A stretch of 32,000 bases of DNA. Origin: Candidatus Baldrarchaeota archaeon (GTDB lineage Archaea > Asgardarchaeota > Baldrarchaeia > Baldrarchaeales > DXJG01). The notes below the pieces were generated by a model. It made no database searches. It was given only the letters and a program-made list of their open reading frames with translations, and was not told the DNA's origin. This document shows positions 20,954 to 29,320 of the stretch, one piece after another; position 1 is the stretch's first letter; every line of letters starts with the position of its first letter. Position numbers and translations under genes: made by a program. The DNA lies in NCBI GenBank assembly GCA_019056805.1, contig DXJG01000007.1:30001-62000 (forward strand), in the 5' to 3' direction.

Positions 20954-23926
20954 CTAGGCTTCCGAGGTATTTTCTGAAATTTTTGATACTTCAGTTTCAT
21001 GTTTGGAATGTTGCGGGTATATTATGAGTAGTTCTTTATTTTCCTTTAACTTTAGCACCGTTTTGTATAATTTTATTCTCTCTGATTTTGGTAATTTTTC
21101 AAGTTCTTTTGCTAATTTTGGCATGTAAAAGAATTGGTCTTGATTTGAAATTTTTTGAATGATTTCCTTTAAGGAGCTAGGTATTTTTCTACTGTCTTCT
21201 ATCTTGTACATTGCCAAATTTTCTTTTCCAAAGATCTCATATATGATCTCCTCTGTGCCATTAAAAACTCCTAAGTCTCCTCTCCAATTATTAAAAACAT
21301 CTTTGAATTTTTCTTCGAATTTTTGTGTAATTTCTCTAATTATTTCTTTATTTTTAAGTTTCTCAGTTGAAATAGCAATTGTATATGTGTGCTCTCCAGA
21401 GGAACATGTTAAAAATCTTGGCTCTGGATCTCCATATGATATCTCATCAAGATATCCTACTTTACCGTTACTAAGTTCTGTGTAAAATGTTTGAACAGCT
21501 TGTATGAACCCAGCTATTAATTCAGGACTTCTTTCCTCGCCACCAAAAATTTTAACGTCTCTTACTGGAAGCCCGCTCCTTTTCTCAACTAATAATATCT
21601 CTTCTATCGATGAAATGGAAGATAAGTGTTCTATTTCATTAATCAATTTTGCGATTGATTTTTTTCTGTGCACAAAGTAGACAGATGAAGAAAAGAAGAA
21701 AAGAAATAAGAAAATAAGTTCTTTGAAATATTGTTTAACATTTTCTTTCACTTTTTCCAGTATAGGAGCTAAGGATAAGTATGGTGTTATTTCTATGGTT
21801 TTTTCCTCCGATTGTGAAGGTAAATATTCTCTACTTCCATTAAAGTACACTATTATTGTTAGGTTTCCAGCTGTTTGCATTTTAAAATTGTAAAAAGCTT
21901 TGCCCTCGTTATTAGTTACAAGCGTTTCATTCCACTCTCTAGTTGTACCGTTTAAGGAAGTGAATTTTAACATTAAAATTAATTCTTTACCTGGGACCCC
22001 TGTTCCGTTAATATCTGTTAGTGTTATTTCAATTCCTATGTTCTTCCCGACAGAGGCTTTTGAAGGAGCTTCAAGAATTATCCTTGTTGGAATAGGATAA
22101 ATAAGATTTAGGGTTATATTTACATGAGTTTCTTCATAATATTCTTTTATTACGTATATTGAAACGTTATACATTCCTTCTGTTAATCCATTTGTACCAA
22201 CTATGCCCTCGTAACAGTTTGTTATGTTATTATAAGTGAATTGAATTGTTCCTTTTATCCATTTTCCGTAAATATTTGCATCTGTTATATTCTCTCCGGT
22301 TATGCCATCGACACATCTAACTTTAATGGTTATATTTTCTCCTAAAAGATAATATTCGCTTAGATTTTCAACTATAATCTTTATGGTGTAGAAAACGGAA
22401 AATGTACTTATTCTATACCCTATTTCCGTTCCATTGTAGAATAGTATTGCTACTTTGTATTCTCCTTTTTCCACGTTTTGAGGTATCCATGTGAAATTAC
22501 TGCCTTCACTTATGTTCTTCGTTTCTTCATGAATTTTCACGTCAGTTACGTTGTATATTGCCATGGTTAAGTTTCCATTTGAAACTGTTACTGTTGATTT
22601 CCACTGTACAGAAAATTCTATTTTGTGGTTTATCGTAACATTTGCTGGGTGGTCTAAACTTTTTATATAGTTTATTCCTTGAAAAATTAGAAACCATGGA
22701 TCACTCATATTTACTGTTATTAAGTTTTCCTGTCTATCTATTACGTTATTTGTATTGTTTTGCAATGTCCAGTCTGATGGAACATGGAATTTCGTGCTAC
22801 AATTCAAATAGCCGCTGGGAAAAGTGTAAGTTGAGTTAACATACCATGTAACATTATCATAGTTTGTGTTAATGAAACAAGATGTGTGTAACAATTCTTC
22901 TTTTAAATGAGTAGTTTCACATGTGATATTAAATTTAAGTAACCAACTTGCCGTAACATTTAAAATTACGGGATCTTCAGTGATAAGATTCGTAAAAGTC
23001 CATGTTCCATTTTCATTAACTGATATATTATTTACTTTTAATTCATAGTCTTGAAAACTAGTTAATAACGGGGAAAGATGGACATATTGCAAAAAATAGT
23101 CTACATCTTCAGGTATGAAACTATTAGAATCAGAGTCGTAGTAGTATGCATATCCTTCATCAACTCCGTCGGTTGAAGCTGCTGGTGTAGAATCATTATA
23201 TGCCAGCCAACATACGTCTTCACTTGCCGTTAAGGCTCGAGCATATAGGTGCAAGAAGAACGTGTTATCGTAGGTTTTTGATGTGTCAAGTAAAAGGGGT
23301 GGATCGATTGTTATGTTTAATTGTAAGTATTGTGTTCCACTAATACTCATAATTGTGGTGTTGCTGATGAGCGTGGTATCTGGGTACGGTAGAATCTGCT
23401 CTTGAATTATTGTTCCTGTCGCATTCATTATAGCCCAGTCAATTGTTATTCCAGATATCACAGAGATGTTTAACTTTACTTCTAAACTCGTAAGATAACA
23501 TATGCGAGGAACTCGAAAAGACATTACTCTTGGATAATCTCCAATAGAAATATTTCCCAAGGGAAGAGGGTCTTCAGGGTGTTGCATTTCTATTTCTTTT
23601 GTTAGATTTTGCGGCTCTATATTTGTGAAGTTTAAAGCTATCTTTTCTGTGTTAAACCCGTGGGTTACAATATTTAGCGGGCTATAAAATGCGTCATTTT
23701 TTGCATCGAGAGACCTAACATGTGTTGTTTCATTATTTATCCAGTTTTTGATTTGTATTGCTGTTAGGTTTGAATGAATAATTCTATCACTAGACAAGGT
23801 AAAATTTGAAGTACATTGGGAAGGAAATGTTGAATTGGCTAAAACCTGTGGAGGGCTCATTATTGCGAAAAATATTAAAATTACTACAAGAAGTGTTAAA
23901 GTCTTCAGTTTTTCCACCAGAGTCAC
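20954..23926 (-). CDS. single-pass surface protein with a beta-rich/Ig-like ectodomain and a cytoplasmic longin-like domain
   Basis: N-terminal signal, sequon-rich ectodomain and TM LIFLFLFFFSSSVYFV followed by HRKK. The cytoplasmic ILLVEKRSGLPV...ELIAGFIQAVQTF...EISYG...WRGDLGVF pattern is typical of Asgard longin-like domains. Confidence 0.72.
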   Translation of the reverse strand: MTLVEKLKTLTLLVVILIFFAIMSPPQVLANSTFPSQCTSNFTLSSDRIIHSNLTAIQIKNWINNETTHVRSLDAKNDAFYSPLNIVTHGFNTEKIALNFTNIEPQNLTKEIEMQHPEDPLPLGNISIGDYPRVMSFRVPRICYLTSLEVKLNISVISGITIDWAIMNATGTIIQEQILPYPDTTLISNTTIMSISGTQYLQLNITIDPPLLLDTSKTYDNTFFLHLYARALTASEDVCWLAYNDSTPAASTDGVDEGYAYYYDSDSNSFIPEDVDYFLQYVHLSPLLTSFQDYELKVNNISVNENGTWTFTNLITEDPVILNVTASWLLKFNITCETTHLKEELLHTSCFINTNYDNVTWYVNSTYTFPSGYLNCSTKFHVPSDWTLQNNTNNVIDRQENLITVNMSDPWFLIFQGINYIKSLDHPANVTINHKIEFSVQWKSTVTVSNGNLTMAIYNVTDVKIHEETKNISEGSNFTWIPQNVEKGEYKVAILFYNGTEIGYRISTFSVFYTIKIIVENLSEYYLLGENITIKVRCVDGITGENITDANIYGKWIKGTIQFTYNNITNCYEGIVGTNGLTEGMYNVSIYVIKEYYEETHVNITLNLIYPIPTRIILEAPSKASVGKNIGIEITLTDINGTGVPGKELILMLKFTSLNGTTREWNETLVTNNEGKAFYNFKMQTAGNLTIIVYFNGSREYLPSQSEEKTIEITPYLSLAPILEKVKENVKQYFKELIFLFLFFFSSSVYFVHRKKSIAKLINEIEHLSSISSIEEILLVEKRSGLPVRDVKIFGGEERSPELIAGFIQAVQTFYTELSNGKVGYLDEISYGDPEPRFLTCSSGEHTYTIAISTEKLKNKEIIREITQKFEEKFKDVFNNWRGDLGVFNGTEEIIYEIFGKENLAMYKIEDSRKIPSSLKEIIQKISNQDQFFYMPKLAKELEKLPKSERIKLYKTVLKLKENKELLIIYPQHSKHETEVSKISENTSEA

Positions 23927-24078
23927 CGTAAGATATACTACTTTTCACTTTCATCAATTACTACTATTATTATAACAATATTATATAAAATCATTTTAGC
24001 CATTGTTGTAAAGTTAAAATTGATATAGAAAACCAGATTCAAATATTAGTGAATTCTTGAAAAGCGGGATGAACCCTG

Positions 24079-24615
24079 ATGAAGAAGGAAAATTTCACAA
24101 GTGTTGTTAAGAAAGTTCTTGAAAAGGAAGGAAAGTATATTAGTGGTAAAAGGAATGCAGCGGTTTTGGTCCCTTTAAGTATAGATAAGGCGCTTTATAT
24201 TACATTTATAAAAAGGTCTAAAAATCTACAATTTCACAGAGGGGAAGTAGCGTTTCCTGGTGGTCTAAGAAAAAATAATGAAAGTCCTTTGGAGACAGCT
24301 TTTAGAGAAGCATGGGAAGAATTGAGAATACGGAAAGAAAATGTAGAAGTTCTTGGTTTTCTTCCTCCAACAGAAACTAGAACAACTAATATTTACATTG
24401 TACCTGTTGTTGGATTAATACCGTTAAACTATCCATTCAAACTAAATAAAAAAGAAATAGAAAAAGTAATGCAAATTCCTATCAAAGAACTATATAAAAA
24501 CGTGTACGAAGATTTTTATGGAAAATATTATTTACATGATGGCTATAAAATCTGGGGAGCAACTGCAAGAATCTTGACAACCCTCTTAAACAAGCTAAAA
24601 ACAATAATCAAATGA
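24079..24615 (+). CDS. Nudix hydrolase, CoA pyrophosphatase (NudL/NUDT7-like)
   Basis: AAVLVPL, KRS...HRGEVAFPGG, Nudix box GLRKNNESPLETAFREAWEEL and IWGATARIL. Confidence 0.9.
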   Translation: MKKENFTSVVKKVLEKEGKYISGKRNAAVLVPLSIDKALYITFIKRSKNLQFHRGEVAFPGGLRKNNESPLETAFREAWEELRIRKENVEVLGFLPPTETRTTNIYIVPVVGLIPLNYPFKLNKKEIEKVMQIPIKELYKNVYEDFYGKYYLHDGYKIWGATARILTTLLNKLKTIIK

Positions 24616-24792
24616 TATCCCTATTTTCCATCAAAATATACTGAATTTAGTTTTTCCTTAAAAATTGTGATCCGTTTATTGGACAATTTCGATTAATACA
24701 AACATAGTTACCTCAATTATTAAGTTTTAATTTCGAAGTTATTGATTAATCTTAATAAGGTTACAGTGTGTTATTATTTCTTGGTGTTTTTG

Positions 24793-25314
24793 ATGGAGAT
24801 CAAAATTGGTGAATTGTTTAAGGAAGCTATGGAACACCCTTCGAAAGAATCCATTATTATGATGTCTGAAGGACTTGAAAAATTTGTTTTAATGGTTATT
24901 AACGCTCTTGGAATTTTAGAAGAAAGAATTATCAACTTAGAAAATGAACTAAAATCTCTAAAGGAGACCATAGAATCAAAATTAAAGATAGAAAAAATGG
25001 AAATCCCACCAGCAAAACCTGTTCAAATTCCTGAATCAAAACTTCCTCCCTCACTTCCACCAGTTCCCTCCAAACCTACAGAAGAAATAGTTAAACCACC
25101 TACAAAGCCTCCTAAGGAGATAAGTGCTCCTAAGACTGTCGGGCCTGAAGAAAAAGATATTGAAGCCTTTAGAAAAGGATTGTTAAAACCTACACCGAAA
25201 ATTGAGGAAAAGGAGAAAAAACCTGTCTCTCTCAGAGATGCTCTTATGCAAGAATTAAAAAACTATTTTAATACTGCTATGAAAAAGGTTCGTAAAGAGG
25301 AAGTAGAGGAATGA
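24793..25314 (+). CDS. coiled-coil, proline-rich protein with WH2/beta-thymosin-like motif(s)
   Basis: Heptad ILEERIINLENELKSLKETIE, Pro-rich PPAKP...LPPSLPPVPSKP...KPPTKPPK, DIEAFRKGLLKPT and SLRDALMQELK. ATG 24793 has GGTG upstream (track start 24742). Confidence 0.6.
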   Translation: MEIKIGELFKEAMEHPSKESIIMMSEGLEKFVLMVINALGILEERIINLENELKSLKETIESKLKIEKMEIPPAKPVQIPESKLPPSLPPVPSKPTEEIVKPPTKPPKEISAPKTVGPEEKDIEAFRKGLLKPTPKIEEKEKKPVSLRDALMQELKNYFNTAMKKVRKEEVEE

Positions 25315-25319
25315 AAATT

Positions 25320-26237
25320 CTAGGATAATATTTTTAGTACTTTTTCTTTTATTTCTTGAAGTGATGATAGAAGTTTTCCTAGTTTAAAGTCTCTTTCTTT
25401 TAGTATTGAAAACATAGCTATTTCATCGCTTATGTTGTAAACTGCGATGTATTCTCTTTTTATATGCCACAGTGCTAAGTCTGCTGTATCAAAGGTTATG
25501 TATCCGCTTTTACGTAGTTGCGAGAACATTGTTCTCACCGTCTCGATAGGTTTTATTAGAGATTTTGCAGATACATATTTTAGTTTCTTCGGGTTAATGA
25601 GTTCTTTGCTTATTGCTGAAGCTATTTCTAAACCGTCTCCCTTGTTTAGAATGAAAGATGCTAAGGCTTTTTGTTTTTTATTGAATTTTGCTAAGATTTT
25701 ATGGATTTTCTCAGCCACTTCTTTTGCTTCTTTGGAAAGAACGCTATCTAAGAGTTTACAAACAACCGTTCTAGCTGTTCCCTCTGGTATAGATGTGGCC
25801 TCAACAACCACATTATGATTTCCAAATATTTTTCGTATTTCCTTTATGGAAATCTTTTTTATATCATATTTGCTGGCTAAAACGAATATTCTTGCATTCG
25901 GAGAATATTTTTTAAGATATTCTAGGGCTTTAAGATATTCTTGTTTTGCTTCATCGATTGTTTCTTTGTTAGAGGAGTCTACTACGAAGAAGAATGCACC
26001 TACGTTTGAAAATATTTTTCCTGACCATTGATCTGTGAAATATTTGTATATGAATTGTTTTTGTCCTCCTACATCAAAAGTTGTAACTTCTAATAAGCCT
26101 CTATACTTGTATGTTTTTGTACTTACAAATTCTGTTGGTTCTAAGTTCTTTACATCGTCCCAGTCTTTCCCTTCAAAAACATGTTTAACCAAAGATGTTT
26201 TTCCAGCTGCTCTTAACCCCATTATTAAAACTTTCAT
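25320..26237 (-). CDS. Rag/Gtr1-like small GTPase with C-terminal roadblock-like domain
   Basis: G1 GLRAAGKTS, G2 LEPT, G3 DVGGQ, G4 SKYD and G5 ATSI. Rag-like signatures are KVLIMG, YFTDQWSGKIFSNV and KYSPNARIFVL, plus a ~130-aa C-terminal alpha/beta domain. ATG 26237 is preferred; TTG 26246 is an alternative. Confidence 0.85.
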   Translation of the reverse strand: MKVLIMGLRAAGKTSLVKHVFEGKDWDDVKNLEPTEFVSTKTYKYRGLLEVTTFDVGGQKQFIYKYFTDQWSGKIFSNVGAFFFVVDSSNKETIDEAKQEYLKALEYLKKYSPNARIFVLASKYDIKKISIKEIRKIFGNHNVVVEATSIPEGTARTVVCKLLDSVLSKEAKEVAEKIHKILAKFNKKQKALASFILNKGDGLEIASAISKELINPKKLKYVSAKSLIKPIETVRTMFSQLRKSGYITFDTADLALWHIKREYIAVYNISDEIAMFSILKERDFKLGKLLSSLQEIKEKVLKILS

Positions 26238-26367
26238 TTTAAACAACCTTTAATGCTATTTCAAAACTTGAATTTAATTTATTTACTTCTAAATAGAGTA
26301 TATACTTTTCTATTAGAAACATATTATTACAATTAAAAATGTAGACTTCATTTGCAGAATTTCAACT

Positions 26368-27732
26368 TTAAGACGCAATAACGTAGGTAATTGAGATTAA
26401 ACAAAAGTTGATTAAAATATATAGAAGCAAGATTATTATTCCTCGTTTATTCACTAATTTTCCTTTAGAAGACCCTAAATATATTAGGATTCCAGAAATA
26501 AAGCTTAGAGTTGCATAGTGAATTTCTGAGGGATCAGGAAATTTTGGATAGAAAAGTTCTGGAATAAGTAGGGTTGGTAAATTCACTACTTTAAGCAATA
26601 GAAGTAGAAGTTCGATGAAAATCAAGATGAGACATGTTTTTGACAATTTTTCTCTAACCGTTATTAGCGAACATATGAGAAGTGAAGAAATTAGCATTAA
26701 TGTTAATGTGAAGAGATTATAGCCTACATAAATTAGATAGGTGATTATACAGAGAGATATTATAATTATGAGGTCTCTATATGGAAAACTTATTCTTTGA
26801 GTGATTCTTTTGGCTTTTCTACTGCCTAAAGTTCCCATGGAAATAAGAAATCCGGATAGTAAGGCTAAAAATATGTATATATAGAAACTTGAGGTTATAG
26901 TCGCAGGAAAAGGCTGCAGACCTTTAATGACTGTTAAATTAAATAATTTTGTAGCTATTGCTTGAGAAGAGGTTAAAGCAAGTTCAACTATAACTAATAC
27001 ATATACTAAATATAGTGGCCAGTCTTTTCTAGCGTATAAGTTGAAAAGAAGTGCTCCCCAAGTTGCATAAAATATTATGGTTGTAATTTCATACATAGCA
27101 AATGAAAATGTAAGTAACACCATACCTAGGATGAATATAAGTCCCCTTATTGGTAAAGGTGACTCAGAGATCTCTGAAATTTTCCTATCTACCTTTTCGA
27201 CTAAGGCTGGCCTTTTTAATGGTTGAAATAATTTAACGTGTTTCTTATCTTCTACTTTTGGGGACAATGGTTTTTTGAGAGATTTCAATTGTTTATAGAA
27301 GGATTTTAATATTTTTTGATAATTGCTCCAGTTTTCTTGCATTTTTGATATAACATTTGATAACTTTTCTTTTACATCCTCTGAATCTTCAATTTCATCT
27401 GCAATTATGGCCAAAGCGTATATTTCCTTACCTCCTCTAGCTTCTTCAGACTCTATATAAAATCTTTTAGCTAAACATTTGGTACCTGAAATCGAGAACA
27501 AAGTGTATTCTAGTTCCTCCCCCATTCCAATCGCGTTTTTTGCTATTTTCTCTAAAATTTCGGGTTTTCGTGCAAAAAGTCTACCAGGATATTTATTTAC
27601 TGGTATGAAACCTTTAACTTCATCAAACTTACATAGAACTAAACCCTTTAGGTTAACTTTTCTATCTTTTACAGATTCTTCCACCTTAAAATTACTTTCA
27701 CTGGACTTTTGATTCTCTTTATTATTTGTCAA
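26368..27732 (-). CDS. N-terminal longin/uDENN-like (FLCN/SMCR8-like) domain fused to a ~9-TM membrane domain
   Basis: LVLCKFDEVKGF...YP first strand and FYIESEEARGGKEIYALAII motif. The C-terminal ~260 aa are highly hydrophobic with an internal 4-TM repeat. Confidence 0.7.
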   Translation of the reverse strand: MTNNKENQKSSESNFKVEESVKDRKVNLKGLVLCKFDEVKGFIPVNKYPGRLFARKPEILEKIAKNAIGMGEELEYTLFSISGTKCLAKRFYIESEEARGGKEIYALAIIADEIEDSEDVKEKLSNVISKMQENWSNYQKILKSFYKQLKSLKKPLSPKVEDKKHVKLFQPLKRPALVEKVDRKISEISESPLPIRGLIFILGMVLLTFSFAMYEITTIIFYATWGALLFNLYARKDWPLYLVYVLVIVELALTSSQAIATKLFNLTVIKGLQPFPATITSSFYIYIFLALLSGFLISMGTLGSRKAKRITQRISFPYRDLIIIISLCIITYLIYVGYNLFTLTLMLISSLLICSLITVREKLSKTCLILIFIELLLLLLKVVNLPTLLIPELFYPKFPDPSEIHYATLSFISGILIYLGSSKGKLVNKRGIIILLLYILINFCLISITYVIAS

Positions 27733-27931
27733 CTTACATAATTACCTCCAACAAACGTTCAAAGCCTAAAATAGTGAAGCGGTATTTAACAGCCCTTAAT
27801 TTAGTTAATTAAAACTTATCTATTATGAAACTTAAAAACGCTTCTAAGAATTTCTGTGTGCGTATATCTAAAATTAAAGGTAAAATGGTTTCAACAGAGG
27901 AAAACGAACTAAAAGTTCAAAATAACACTTG

Positions 27932-28064
27932 TCATGCTATTGTAAGTGTATAAATTCCAAGAATAATAACTGCAATGCCTAGTAAACGTAACTTATCAAG
28001 TTTTTCTTTAAGAACTGTAGTTCCAAGAATTGTTGAGAATAGCGGGGAACTAGAGGCTATTATA
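27932..28064 (-). repeat. diverged direct repeat; partner at 31868-32000 (EamA paralog 3' ends)
   Basis: Ungapped manual alignment gives 102/133 nt identical, in the same orientation. Confidence 0.85.
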
Positions 28065-28822
28065 GTAGTTTTAGCCACACCTATCAGATTTATTGCAAAA
28101 AGGAAGAGTAGTGATCCAAGTCCTATCGCAAAAATACCCCCGATCGAGAGAACGAGTAGGGTCTTTTTATCCATGCTTTTGAGCTCCTTTTTCCGTCTCT
28201 CTTTAGATAATATTAGTAGCCATACGATTATGTTAAGAATTAATAGCCTTACAAGATTTAAGAAGACGGGAGATACACTTAGGAGAACAATTTTAAGAAT
28301 TGTCATACTTATACCCCAAGAAAGGGAAGCCATTATTGCAGCAATTAAACCTCTAACCATGTGTTTACTCTGACTGTTTTCAGCTTTGAGAAACAATAAA
28401 AATACCCCTAGTACAACAAGTATAGCGCTTATGAAGGTCCATATGTTGATAGTTTCTTGTAAGAAGAAGTATGCGAAAATTGCGACAAAAAGGGAATATG
28501 TATAAGAAACTGGATGTCCTATTGCTACACCAGCATCTCTAATAGCCACAAGAAATAAGGAATCGCCAAGAAGAATGCCGAAAGAAACATCTACTACTAT
28601 AAGTAAGAAAAGCCATACGGATAAATTATGAATTTGATATATTTCGCCCATAATTGCTACTGCGGCAAGCATAAAAATTAGGCTTGGAATTGTTCTAATG
28701 CCATTTGCAACTATTACATCTGAGTTTTCTGTTTTTAACCCAACTTTATAAAGTACTGTTGCTAAAGACCACGAGATCGCTGTTAATAAACTTAACACAA
28801 TCCCAACTTCTACTGTATGCAA
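27932..28822 (-). CDS. EamA/DMT family transporter
   Basis: Ten hydrophobic segments in two repeats, with AISWSLATVLYK, FAYFFLQETI, ASLSWGISMTILK and SPLFSTILGTTVLKEKL motifs. Confidence 0.92.
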   Translation of the reverse strand: MHTVEVGIVLSLLTAISWSLATVLYKVGLKTENSDVIVANGIRTIPSLIFMLAAVAIMGEIYQIHNLSVWLFLLIVVDVSFGILLGDSLFLVAIRDAGVAIGHPVSYTYSLFVAIFAYFFLQETINIWTFISAILVVLGVFLLFLKAENSQSKHMVRGLIAAIMASLSWGISMTILKIVLLSVSPVFLNLVRLLILNIIVWLLILSKERRKKELKSMDKKTLLVLSIGGIFAIGLGSLLFLFAINLIGVAKTTIIASSSPLFSTILGTTVLKEKLDKLRLLGIAVIILGIYTLTIA

Positions 28823-29320
28823 AATTGTGTCCCCATCACTGTTTTTACTGGTTAAACATTTTAGTGATAAAATAGTAGTTTGATATAAATTTTCGCATCG
28901 AAAAATGACGTAAATGGAACAAATTTTAATCGGATTTTCCCGTTGACCTGTTCAGACCTGTTATTTGTCGATAGTTTTATGTTTACATTTAAAGCCACCT
29001 TTGACTGTTAGACCACACTATTCACTCTAATTACATGCTTTGATTTTTGTAAATAAAGGATTTTTACAAGCAATAACATGAAAATACAGCATTCAAAATA
29101 TTATTGGATGAAATTATAGGAAAACATTTTGAAAAAGGATACATAATCTTTTCATTTGTTAAAGAATTAAAAGGAAAAAACGAGTTATTAAAATAAAATA
29201 TTTTTAATTCGGTTTTAGTTTCTTAGCCAAAAATTGTTGACCAGAAAAACCATTAATTGAGTAAAATTAATTAAATATGGTTACACTAAAGTTAAATTAC
29301 AAATTGTATCGGGGATAGTT

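Noticed and set aside
24241-24340. Nudix box ends EELRI instead of EExGU
   Set aside because: The catalytic RE..EE residues are intact; the substitution alone does not indicate inactivation or novelty.
26289-26316. Imperfect inverted repeat centred on AGTATATACT upstream of the Rag-like gene
   Set aside because: It is very AT-rich and overlaps a likely TATA box, so it is expected by chance at this composition.
28823-29320. Long AT-rich intergenic gap with a short GACCTGTT direct repeat; possible ncRNA or tRNA
   Set aside because: No cloverleaf, GC-rich stem or other supportable structure was found. It is compatible with divergent promoters.
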